From Naegleria gruberi (taxonomy: Eukaryota), in NCBI GenBank assembly GCA_000004985.1, contig GG738857.1: DNA of 64,000 nt; one strand, written 5' to 3'. Under the pieces are notes generated by a model that saw nothing but the letters and a program-made list of their open reading frames with translations, searched no databases and was not told where the DNA came from. The position numbers and the translations under genes are program-made. Of the stretch, positions 34,047 to 44,116 are shown piece by piece (positions within the stretch are counted from its first letter, which is position 1; each line of letters starts with the position of its first letter).

Positions 34047-34162
34047 TTAATTTGGTTTGGAATCTTTAGTAAGGGTGTTGAAACAACTCAAAAAGCTCTC
34101 TAATTTTAAAAAAAAACCACTGCTAAAATATTTGGGCCCCTAAAGATTCCAAACCAAATTAA
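34047..34162. repeat. 23-bp perfect inverted repeat with a 70-nt spacer
   Basis: TTAATTTGGTTTGGAATCTTTAG at 34047..34069 is the exact reverse complement of 34140..34162. It lies in the intergenic region between BBS1 and the first coiled-coil gene. Confidence 0.8.
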
Positions 34163-34303
34163 TATTTATTTTGATGGAATCATTCTTGAGAAGTGATACC
34201 ATCATTCCATTAGAGTGGGTCCAGTCTTTGTGCTATTCTTTGAATCCAAATTTTGAGGAGAAGGACAAATCAAATTGATAAAAATTCTACCATGGCATTC
34301 CTG

Positions 34304-34327
34304 TGTCAAAAGTGAATTGACGAGTCA
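34304..34327 (+). promoter_or_regulatory. Candidate promoter-proximal element: TGTCAAA plus the 16-mer GTGAATTGACGAGTCA
   Basis: The 16-mer at 34312..34327 is identical to 40505..40520. TGTCAAA at 34304..34310 recurs 25-80 nt upstream of four cluster ATGs. Confidence 0.4.
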
Positions 34328-34334
34328 ACAAAAA

Positions 34335-35500
34335 ATGCGTAAATCAACATCTGAAAAAACTCTTCCAGAAACAATCAACATAAAAAACCCATCCGAAGAT
34401 GAAAAATCCACTCTCCAACAACAAGATTGGTTTTGTGAATTAGTTTCAACCTACACAGAGCACAAGATAAACGCACTTGAGAAGGAAAATCAAAACCTAA
34501 TCCAAAAGTTGTTGGCTCTAACAGTTGATCAACGCTATATTAAATTTCTTGAATCTATTCCTTCATTGATGCAAAAACAACAAGAGCACAACAAACAAGG
34601 AAACTCTGACAATGAGTACAAAAAGTTAAACGAGAAGCTTGATGAAGTAATTGATGATTATGAGGACGTCAAGAGGAAATTAAAAAAAGCAGAAGAGAAT
34701 GCAAAAAAACCAAAGATGCTTTTGTTGAACAGCACTATTATAATGAAGAGAATATTAAAGAAATCACCAGGAAAGAAGAGAAGGTACGTGAAGAATTGGC
34801 TACCTTGAATGGAAAGTACCTTTATGAAAAGGAATCGTTCTTGAAACAAGTGTCCGAGTTAACAAAAGAAAGAGATCAACTAAATGATCAAATTTCAATT
34901 TACAAAACTCGAAATGATCCTGCCTTGCTGATGAATGACTTTTCTGATAACACAGTCAAAAAGATACATGATGAATATGTCACTTTGAAATCACACGATT
35001 TGAATTCTTTTGTGGGAAGAGTAGTTGAAGAACATTCATTAAGTGAAGATCAGGAATTTGATTTTGATTTAAAAATTGTTGCATTTGCATTCAAAACAGT
35101 CCGTAAACTCATTGAAGAAACCTATTCTGAAATGAATTTCGAACTAATTGGCAAGAAACTTACAAATGAAGAATCAGAAAGAAACCGCCTTATTGAAACC
35201 CTCGTCCAGACAATTGCAAAAATGGAAGAAATTGGAAAGAACAAGAAATTACAACAAGCTGCCAGAGAATTTATAACCAAACTCGTGAAATTCTATTGTA
35301 ACATGTTTCTCATTGATAAGAAGCTTGAATTGGTTTGGGCTTCAACTGGATCTCTCTACAATCCTGAATGGTACGATTCAAGAAATGCAACCAGTAACAT
35401 TGTAGTCACTAATGTTTTCAAACCTGCTCTCATGGACACATTCACCAAAACAGTCTACGAAAAAGGAATTGTTGAAACTACCCAAAAAAGGAAAAAATAA
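34335..35500 (+). CDS. Coiled-coil protein with conserved C-terminal domain (cluster family member 1); 1-nt frame break
   Basis: ATG 34335 (CAAAAAATG context). Frame A reads ...VKRKLKKAEENAKK, then frame B reads TKDAFVEQHYYNEENIKEITRKEEKVREEL... The switch is at the A7 run 34703..34709. The C-terminal domain begins 'KTRNDPALLMNDFSDNT' and ends '...LELVWASTGSLYNPEWYDSRNATSNIVVTNVFKPALMDTFTKTVYEKGIVET'. Confidence 0.65.
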
Positions 35501-35522
35501 CAATTATTACCTATATCAATAT

Positions 35523-38500
35523 TTATATTAAAACTCTCTTGTATGTAATTAAATATTCAGGATAGCATTGATTCCTATCATAGATAATATATTCATTGTA
35601 GGTGTGTTGTGATACCGACTTGGATCTTCCAATAACACTGTCATAAACTCTTCCATTTGAGTTTTCAATGACAGGTGGTCTTCTTTCATTTCTCATCTTT
35701 TCCCTTGTTTTGAAAACCATCTGACCTAACAGAACTCTACTGAGAAATATAAAACACTCACCATCCTTATTCGAAACACAATATTGATCACTCTTACTAC
35801 AGCAATCAGCAAAGTATATTCCAGCTCCAAACAAACCACTCAAAGCACTCAATCTTTCATCAAAGCCGTGTTCTGAAATGATTGACTTGACTACTTCTGT
35901 TGTTCCATGCCATAAATAAACTTCATTCACATTGGAATCTAATTCACACATTTCGTCAACAAAATCATTTCTAATTGGTATATCCATTACCTTCTTTTTA
36001 TCCTTATAGGAAATTAGGTGTTTCTTCTTTGATAGATACATTTCATAAAGTGATAAATTCTCAATTCTTTCCACTTTTAGAACTTGTAACTTGTTATATG
36101 GAAATGAATCTTTTTCATGGTTTCGTTTCTTTCCTAATGTAATTGTTACACATGTCTTATCCAATAAATCTTGAATATCCTCTTTTAATTCAGCGGTAAC
36201 ATCTATAATTGACATGTTATTTTGATTTGATTTCCAATAGGAAGGCTTTTGTTTCGTTTCCTTTCTTCTTGTCCCACGAAAGAATTCATGTCTTAATAAC
36301 TCAGATGCAGATAAAGTACAAATTTCTTCACGAATATTAATTGAGTCCATTAGCGTTTTCAAAAGAGATGAATATTCATCGAGTCGTTCCATTGACATGA
36401 TGTCAATTACCATTTTCACGAAACAAAACATTTCTTTCTGGAATGGTAATTTGTTTCCCTTTTCCTCTATTTTCACAACATTATCAAATCCATCCAATAT
36501 TAATTTAACTTGTTCATCTTCAATAATTTTCACATACACATTCGCAGCTCTAATATTTCCATGAACAAATGAATAGGTATGAAAATGATGAATGGCTGAA
36601 AGAATCTGAAACCAAATATCTTCCCATCCTGATCTAATGGATGAAAAATCTTTCAATGTTCCAATTGAGTAATATGGCATAACAATACAAAGTTTATCTT
36701 GACAAAGATAAAATCCAATTAATTCTGCAATATTTGAATGTTTGATTTTCTCTAGAATTTCAACTTGTTCAATTACCATTTCAATTTTATCCAATGAATA
36801 TTGTTTAACACGATAGAAAATATTCGAATTCTTATCAACTGCCTCAATAAGCATATAATTCAGAAATGCAGTTTCACTAATTGTAGTCAATTCCAAAGTG
36901 CTTACATCTTGAATTCCTATAATTTCTGATAGTAAATCATAGAATCCTGATCGATAGAGTGTAATTGATTTGTTTCGAATATCATTTCTGTTAATTTGAA
37001 GAGTTTCGAGTTCAGTTTCTTGTTCCATAATTTTTAGACAGGGCGCAGTTGATGTTGAGTTGTTTGTTTCCCACAATTTTTTCTCAATTTCAATTGATCT
37101 TTTGCGTGCTTCAATGTTCTCACTCATTAATTTGTAATTAATTCCATATTTAGAAATATCAAATTTAGAAATTATTGTTAAAGTTAATTGCATATTTTTA
37201 AATTCATTACAGATGGTAGTAATATTATTGATAAAATCAAGGCAATTATTTTTCATATCATCAATAAAGTAGCAATATCCTTTCAATTTCTTTTTCAATA
37301 AATGATACAATTCCAAATTTGGATTTTCTTTCAATAAGGAAAATAATTTTGAAATGGAATCTCCAATATCATTTGTATCATTGCTTATTTCTGAAAATTC
37401 AAGTGTTGAAATATTACTTGAAAAATTTGAAAGAAAATTTGCAACTCCACTCAATTGCTTATTACATGTATTAATCCATTTCTCCAAATTAGTCGAATAT
37501 TCTTCAAATGTTAATTCCAATTCTTCATAATTCGATATTTCATTACATGGAATTTCTTCTCCACCATTCAAAAATTCATTAATTTCTTTAGAAATTTCAC
37601 TCAAACTCTTTACAAATTCAATAAGAAAATTTCCATAATCACTTTTCTTAATTTGATTATTCATTGATTCATGGATTTGAAATTTGCTTCGAAATTCAAT
37701 TAAATCTTGAGGATTTTGTGATGAATAAATCGATTTTGAATTAATTTGGATAGGGCTGAGAAGATTCTTAATATCTGTAAACTTTTTCATGTCATATTCG
37801 TTAATTATGATATTTCTAATAAGTCTATCAGTGGTAAATCTTATAGTTTCCAATTGATTTTTCCTATTTTTGTATTCGAAACCTAATTGGGAAAGCTCTG
37901 TAAATATTGATGCAAAATGAATGAATTTAATTTCTATTGGAGATGTGCTAGTAGATGCTTGACTCACTTCTACATTAATTTCTTTTGTTTCCACATTAGT
38001 CTTATTTCTTTTTTCAGATTTCATTTCCTTTTGAATCGTTTTTATGGATTTCCCGCCACATTTCAATGCTATTGATATTTTGATATTAGGATGTTCTAAT
38101 AATAATTTTCACAATTTCAATTTTATCTCTTTCGCAAGCAACTTGCAAAGGTGTTTTAACCTTCCAAAATTGGTAAAATAAAAACTTGCAAATTAATACT
38201 TACCATCTTTAATCTTAAAACTCAATTAATTAAATATCAAACTTACATTCTGAATAATTCAATAAATGTATACTCATCATTAACAAGTTACTTACACCCT
38301 TATTAACATCCAATTCATTTGATTCCAATAATAATTTCACAATTTCAAGATGACCATCATAACATGCAATAAACAAACAAGTTTGTTCTGATTCTACACC
38401 ACAAAATGTCTTGAATAACAAGCTAATAAGTATTCATTTTGCTTCAAATCATACTTACTTCATTGACATTGACAAGTGACAGTAAATATTTGACAATCTC

Positions 38501-38782
38501 AACATTTCCACTTCTACAAGCATGATACAATGGAACCTAAACACATTTAACAATATATGATGATATAAAACCTACTCCGATTCTTGGATTTACCTTCTTT
38601 TCTTCTAACAAGTATTTTGTAATTCTTGTTGAATTATTAGAAATTGATTCTTCTAATAGAGTTTTGTTCGAAACAAGAGTTTTTGAAAAATCGGACAAGG
38701 ATTCAGCTAATGAAATGAATTGCTCTAAATTATCACTTGAAATTGACGAGATTACTTTCTTCTCAAGTTTCTTTTTCAACAT
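35523..38782 (-). CDS. Ankyrin-repeat / pseudokinase-like / PARP-catalytic-domain protein; 1-nt frame break
   Basis: Exons 38576..38782, 38459..38536, 38296..38409 and 35523..38160, with introns of 39, 49 and 135 nt. Ankyrin units: VPLYHACRSGNVEIVKYLL; TCLFIACYDGHLEIVKLLLESNELDVNKG; KTPLQVACERDKIEIVK|LLLEHPNI, where | marks the frame break at the T4 run 38106..38109. The kinase-like region lacks the catalytic Asp (HGNIRAAN where HRDxxxxN is expected, DGF where DFG is expected). The C-terminal PARP signature is H (LWHGT), Y (GAGIYFA), E (YNEYIIYD). Confidence 0.75.
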
Positions 38783-38800
38783 TTTTTTTAAACTAAACTT

Positions 38801-40432
38801 TTAATTCTTTTTTGACACTCTGACAATTACTTTTGCCTTCTCATAAATACTTCTCGATTGCAACTGCATTAGGGATGGAAAGACTGTGCACTGAATCTTT
38901 GGAATGGTTGTGTTATTTCTTGCATCTTGTTCGTATGGATTAAAATTGTCCTTTGCTTTATACCAAACGAATTCCAACTTTTTTGAATTGGTAAACATTT
39001 TCATGTAGAGTTCAATTGCCTTATCAAGTAATTCTGAGGTTAGATTACTAACTTCCCGATCTCTACAAATATGCTCAGGATTCTCAACTTTGAATTTGTT
39101 GAAAACGTGTTCAATGGAGGTGAAAATCTCATTGTGGCAGCTTTTGAGTAGTTTTTTCTTATCTGAATCTTCCAATGGCTTGCATCCATAACCTAATTTC
39201 TTGTCTTTCAATCTGTGTTGTAATGATTTGCCCTTATTGTCGTCTTGAGCTGGTGAAAAGAGGTATTTGGCTAATTCCATTTCAATTTCACATTCAAAAT
39301 CTTGTGCTACATCATCTCCATTAAGATTTTCACTCATTTCTTCACAAAGAGAACCCAATGAATTCTTAATTTCAAAATAAGCATCCTTAATTGACTTGGT
39401 GGTATTGTCGGAGAAATTGTTCATCTCAAGAGCTGGATCATGTTCTGCTTTGACAATTCTAAAATTATCTTCAAGTTGAGCAATCTTTGATTCTAAACCA
39501 TTTTTCAGTTCGATTAGTGCTTCTTTTTCTTTCTCAAATCTTGATTGGTTTTCACTTGCTTCGGTTCTCATTCTGTTTTTATCCTTTTCCAGATTTGAGA
39601 TTTTACTTTCAAGAGATTGAAGGTTTGCCTGGAGTTCAAGTGTGTCATTTTTAAGATCCTTATTATCACTTCTCAAATCTTCAAGCTTTTTGGTTGTATT
39701 TTTGTGGCTGTCTTGTTCAGTCTTCAACTTTTGTTTAGTTTCATCATGTTCACTTCTCAATTTGTTGAAATTCTTTTCTAAAGTGTCCTTTTCCTTCTTG
39801 AGATCTGTAAATTCTTTTTTCTTTGTATTCAATTCAGTAATCTTTTGATCTTTTTCACTAACCAATTGCTTTTCACGGTTCTGCAAATCATCATTTTCTT
39901 TCTTTAATTTCTTCTCATTATCTCTTGCTTCATTGCTTTCTTTGGTTAATTTTTTAATTCTTTCATCTTGATTTTGGGATTTTTCTAATGAGATTGATTT
40001 AAGGAATTCAACAAGTTTCTTATCAACTTGTACAGTGTCTAATATGTCTCTTAATCTGTCAACTTCCTTGGTATGCTTTTCTGACTCTTCCTGGATGTGG
40101 TTAACTTTGTTTTTTTCCTTATCAAGATTACTTTGGAGAATAGAAACTTGTTTTCTTTGACTCTCTAAATCTTGTTTAACCTTGTCAAGTTCGTGTTGGA
40201 GGATTTGTGCTACATTCTTTTCCTGGTCCCAATTACTTTGCAGATTGGAGGTTGTTAGCTTTTCTTTATTAAAGGCCTCTTCAATTGACTTGAGTTGAGT
40301 TTGAAGTTGTGAAATTCTTTTTTGATAATGGGAGGGATCTACTTCTTGTGTTGGGGGTGGAACATCACTTGTTGGTTGTTGTTGGGGTTTGATGGTGGAT
40401 GATGGTTTATTTGAATTGGATTCGTTTGTCAT
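38801..40432 (-). CDS. Coiled-coil protein with conserved C-terminal domain (cluster family member 2)
   Basis: I place the start at ATG 40432 (AAAAAAAATG context), not the track's non-ATG start at 40528. A long heptad-rich K/E/Q/L region is followed by 'KAEHDPALEMNNFSDNT...LEFVWYKAKDNFNPYEQDARNNTTIPKIQCTVFPSLMQLQSRSIYEKAKVIV'. Confidence 0.75.
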   Translation of the reverse strand: MTNESNSNKPSSTIKPQQQPTSDVPPPTQEVDPSHYQKRISQLQTQLKSIEEAFNKEKLTTSNLQSNWDQEKNVAQILQHELDKVKQDLESQRKQVSILQSNLDKEKNKVNHIQEESEKHTKEVDRLRDILDTVQVDKKLVEFLKSISLEKSQNQDERIKKLTKESNEARDNEKKLKKENDDLQNREKQLVSEKDQKITELNTKKKEFTDLKKEKDTLEKNFNKLRSEHDETKQKLKTEQDSHKNTTKKLEDLRSDNKDLKNDTLELQANLQSLESKISNLEKDKNRMRTEASENQSRFEKEKEALIELKNGLESKIAQLEDNFRIVKAEHDPALEMNNFSDNTTKSIKDAYFEIKNSLGSLCEEMSENLNGDDVAQDFECEIEMELAKYLFSPAQDDNKGKSLQHRLKDKKLGYGCKPLEDSDKKKLLKSCHNEIFTSIEHVFNKFKVENPEHICRDREVSNLTSELLDKAIELYMKMFTNSKKLEFVWYKAKDNFNPYEQDARNNTTIPKIQCTVFPSLMQLQSRSIYEKAKVIVRVSKKN

Positions 40433-40454
40433 TTTTTTTAAAGACGTACGAAAA

Positions 40455-40536
40455 TTTGACGAGTTGTAATGTAATTTTGAAACCTGCATTCCGTGTTCCG
40501 TTCTGTGAATTGACGAGTCATCATTCACTTGTCAAA
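40455..40536. promoter_or_regulatory. Divergent promoter with repeated TTGACGAGT / TGTCAAA motifs
   Basis: The 134-nt region between ATG 40432 (-) and ATG 40567 (+) contains TTGACGAGT at 40456..40464, GTGAATTGACGAGTCA at 40505..40520 and TGTCAAA at 40530..40536. Confidence 0.4.
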
Positions 40537-40566
40537 TGTTTAACTATCAAACAAATAATCAAAAAA

Positions 40567-41778
40567 ATGGGATTCTTTGGGTTTTTCAGTGATGACAATA
40601 AAGAAGAAATAAAGAAGGAGTTGAAGGCGGCAAAGGAACAAATTGAATACCAAAAGAAAGAGGTAGAAAGCCAGCGAAACAAAATTATAACATTAGAAAC
40701 AAATAACACCAATTTGCAAACTAGAAACACAACTTTACTCCAAGAATTTAAAATTTTAAACCCGAAACTTGAAAAATTAACACTTGAAAAACAAAATTGC
40801 GAATATATTTCCTCTCAATATCAAGCAAAAGCACAAGAATTGAACAAGAAATTACAAGAACTCGACAAGCAGTACAATTCCACTGTTCAAAATCTCAACA
40901 CTGAATTACAATCTTGTAAATTTCAATTCAATCAAGCAATCACTGAGTGGAAGCAAGAGAAGAACAAATTTGAATTAGAATTGAAAAGTGTAAAACAATC
41001 AAGAGATCAACAAATTTCTTATTCCACTCAATTACATTCAGCATTGACTGAAGAAAGAGAGAATTTCATAAACTTGTCCCAAACCAAAGAACAAGAAATT
41101 GAAAAGTTGAAAGCTGACATTATTTTAATCAAAGCTCAAAATGATCCAGCACTTGTTGTCAATGATTTCTCAGATGAAAGTCCTAAACAAATTAGAGATT
41201 TGTATCTTCAATCAAAATCAAGTATTGACACTTTGACAACAACCTTGGAAGACAATTTGACAGAAGATGAACAAGAACAATTGGAAATTATTATAGCCAA
41301 GACACTCTTTGAGAAATTAGAAGAGACTGTTATGAAATTTGTGTGTGAAACAAAACAAGTTGACAGCAGTGATAGAAAGCTCATTGGTGAATTATTGAAA
41401 TCAGATATTGAAATGAGAAAGCTTGTTATTTATCATACTTCAGTTGGATTAATGAATCAAATTAAGGAACAATTTGCCAGTTTTAGTAATTTTATTGAAA
41501 ATTGTAAAGATGAAGAAAGAATTCAAATTCAAAATGAAATTGACACAATGTCAACAAGTTCAATTTCAATGCTAGCAATGATCTTGAGAAATGAGCAAAA
41601 TATTGGTTTCGTTTGGTATAAACCAAAATCAGATTTCAATACTTTAGAACAAAGATCAAGAAATGCTGATAAGAAAATTGTAATTGATACTTGCATTTAT
41701 CCTTGTTTAATGTTGAAGGGATCAAGAAGTGTTTTTGAACAAGCAGTTGTTACAACAAAATTAACAAAACACAAATAA
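40567..41778 (+). CDS. Coiled-coil protein with conserved C-terminal domain (cluster family member 3)
   Basis: ATG 40567 (AAAAAAATG context). Coiled-coil N-terminal half, then 'KAQNDPALVVNDFSDES...IGFVWYKPKSDFNTLEQRSRNADKKIVIDTCIYPCLMLKGSRSVFEQAVVTT'. Confidence 0.75.
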   Translation: MGFFGFFSDDNKEEIKKELKAAKEQIEYQKKEVESQRNKIITLETNNTNLQTRNTTLLQEFKILNPKLEKLTLEKQNCEYISSQYQAKAQELNKKLQELDKQYNSTVQNLNTELQSCKFQFNQAITEWKQEKNKFELELKSVKQSRDQQISYSTQLHSALTEERENFINLSQTKEQEIEKLKADIILIKAQNDPALVVNDFSDESPKQIRDLYLQSKSSIDTLTTTLEDNLTEDEQEQLEIIIAKTLFEKLEETVMKFVCETKQVDSSDRKLIGELLKSDIEMRKLVIYHTSVGLMNQIKEQFASFSNFIENCKDEERIQIQNEIDTMSTSSISMLAMILRNEQNIGFVWYKPKSDFNTLEQRSRNADKKIVIDTCIYPCLMLKGSRSVFEQAVVTTKLTKHK

Positions 41779-41994
41779 ATATTTACAAATATTACAAAAT
41801 ATTTAAAAATATTGAAAAAATTACTGTAAATTTTGATCATCACACTAAATCTGCATTAACTTTCTACACAATTGTAGTTGACGGAATTTACGGAATTGAA
41901 AATTGTAATATGACTTAATTTGACATGGGAAGTGTCCATTTCAACACGTCATGTCAAAGTTTCTAATTATCAATTCTCAAAAAACAAAAAAAAT

Positions 41995-43871
41995 ATGAGC
42001 ACCAGCACCCTCATCAAACCACAAGCAGGTAAAAACTTTGTCGTTTGCATTGACTTTGGATCTTCAGGTTCTGGCAGTTCAATTCTCTTCGTAAAGGATG
42101 AAGATAAAATTTTCACTCTCAAAACTTATCCAGACTCCCCTAACGTAGTTTACAATAAGAATATGTCATGTATTTTATATGAAGATGGTAAGAGACATAG
42201 TATTGGTTATACTGCTAGAAAGACAATGTTCTTTGAAAATGATGACGAAGATTCAGATGAAGATTCCGGTGAAGATTCGGATAGAGATTCAGATAGTGAA
42301 AGTGAAGAATCTCATGGATCAACTTCAACTGCTCCATCAAAAAAATCAGCAACTCCACTAAAAGATAGAAAATTTATCAGAGATTTAAAAATTCAATTCA
42401 TGGAAGCAACAAAAGATGAGAAGGAAATTTCAATTCCAGAAATAGTAATTTCCAATGATGGAACAACCAAATCTTTACTTGATGTGATGGCAGATTACTT
42501 ATCCATGTTATTCACAGATTTTATCATGAAGAGTTTAAAGAATAACGATAGCTCTGTTAAGAAAACTGATGTTCGTTGGTGCATTACAGTTCCCGCCAAC
42601 TATTCAGAACATCAAAAATCCCTAATGAGGAAAGTGGCATGTAAGGCAAAGATTATAGATAAGGAAAATTGTGATGAGAGTGATTTGATTATCATTTCTG
42701 AACCAGATGCTGCTACCATGTTCTGTATGAAACATAAGGCTAAATCTAAACCACTTACAAATGGTGAAACTTTTATGGTAGTTGATGCTGGTGGTGGTAC
42801 TGTAGATGGTAAGTTTGAGAAATTCTTGATTTAACATTTAAATTCTGTAACAGTCAGTTGTCATATGCTTGAAAATGGTAAATTGAAAGAGTTGGCAGTT
42901 CAAAAGGCAGAGCTATGTGGTTCTACATTTATTGATAGAGAATTTATTAAGATTTTAGAAGAAAATTGTGATAATTTCAAAGAATTTACAGAGAAAAATC
43001 CAGAAACTCTTGTCAAGATATTATCAATTTGGGAAGATGTTAAGAGAGGTACTTTGACAGTTGACAAGAAATTGACATTTGACACATCTCCAATGTTTAA
43101 AAAAGCAAAACCTAATAGTTCAATTTACAAATCAAGATCTACCAAGATTGCATTAACAGATGAACAAATGAAAAGAATATTTGACAGTCAAGTGTCAAAA
43201 GCACTCAAATTGATTGATGAAGTTTATAGAGATTATGAAGAAGATTATCCAAGTAGAAAGATGGATCACTTATTTATTGTTGGTGGTTTAGGAGATAATG
43301 GTTATTTCCAAAATCGTATTAAGGAAAGATTTGAAAAGAAATTTAAGGAAATTTTAATTCCACTTTTCTGTTCGACAGCTGTCATGGAAGGAGGTGCATT
43401 ACTTGCTAAGGATCCATCATTCGTTCAAGAAAATCAAAGTTATCATATGGTGTTGGTGTCATGGAAGAATTTGAAGAAGGGCATCATGCTGAAAGCAAGT
43501 ACAAGGTCATTAATGGTAAACATATGGCAGTTGACGTGTTGGATGTTTTTGTTGAACAACGTGAAGAAGTTGAAATTGATAGAGAAATTGTTAGAGAATA
43601 TGAATGTTTACCAGGTGCTACTCAAATTGATGTTGTTCTCTATTCATCTATTAAGAGAAGAGAAGCAATTCCTTATATTGATTCACCACTAGTTTCTAAA
43701 GAGGAAACAATTACAATTCCTTTTAGAGATTCATCAAAGGAGGCAGATAGAAGAGTTTTTATTAAATTCTTCTTTGGTAAATCAGAATTAATGATTACTG
43801 TTGAAAATGCACAAGGTGAAGTTAAGGAAATTAAGAGAGATTTTGAAGCAAACTCACTTGCCCTAAAATAA
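41995..43871 (+). CDS. HSPA12-type Hsp70-like ATPase (paralogue 1); 1-nt frame break
   Basis: Exons 41995..42808 and 42854..43871, with a 45-nt intron (phase 1). The junction GGGTVD|VSCHMLE matches GGGTVDLTCHKFE in the paralogue. Motifs: VVCIDFGSSGSG; WCITVPANYSEHQK; IISEPDAATMFC; FMVVDAGGGTVD; LFIVGGLGDN. The frame changes at the A4 run 43430..43433, after which the second frame gives ..SKLSYGVGV, aligning with RMRMTYGVKA in the paralogue. Confidence 0.75.
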
Positions 43872-44116
43872 ATAGTTGAAATTCCATTCACAAAAATCTT
43901 AATATTTATTAGTATGAGCGAAATATAACCTCAATATCATTATTACAATCTGATCTTTTTCGTTTATCAAAACTGTAGAAAGCTTTTTTTGAACTGTAGT
44001 CACTCTCGAATCGTGATTCATTGTAAAACTTGTCAAACTTACCGATCAGAATTCCGTATGACGTACGATTTCTCATTTCTCATCAGTTTATTCTGTTCCA
44101 TTAACACACAAAAAAA

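Noticed and set aside
34668-34732. 65-nt GT-AG intron as an alternative fix for the coiled-coil gene 1 frame change
   Set aside because: The donor (GTCAAG) is weak. The removed segment reads as good coiled-coil sequence in frame A before the A7 run and in frame B after it, which fits an indel better than an intron.
38161-38295. Micro-exons (AAT; ATTAAAGATG) inside the 135-nt intron of the ANK-PARP gene, suggested by internal GTAAGT/AG pairs
   Set aside because: None of the combinations preserves the reading phase into the next ankyrin exon (VKTPLQVAC...). A single 135-nt intron is the only phase-consistent solution I found.
34703-43433. Programmed ribosomal frameshifting or transcriptional slippage as the cause of the frame breaks
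   Set aside because: The required shifts go in both directions (one extra base in one case, one missing base in others). I saw no shared slippery heptamer or downstream structure. Sequencing error or pseudogenisation is simpler. This is not formally excluded.
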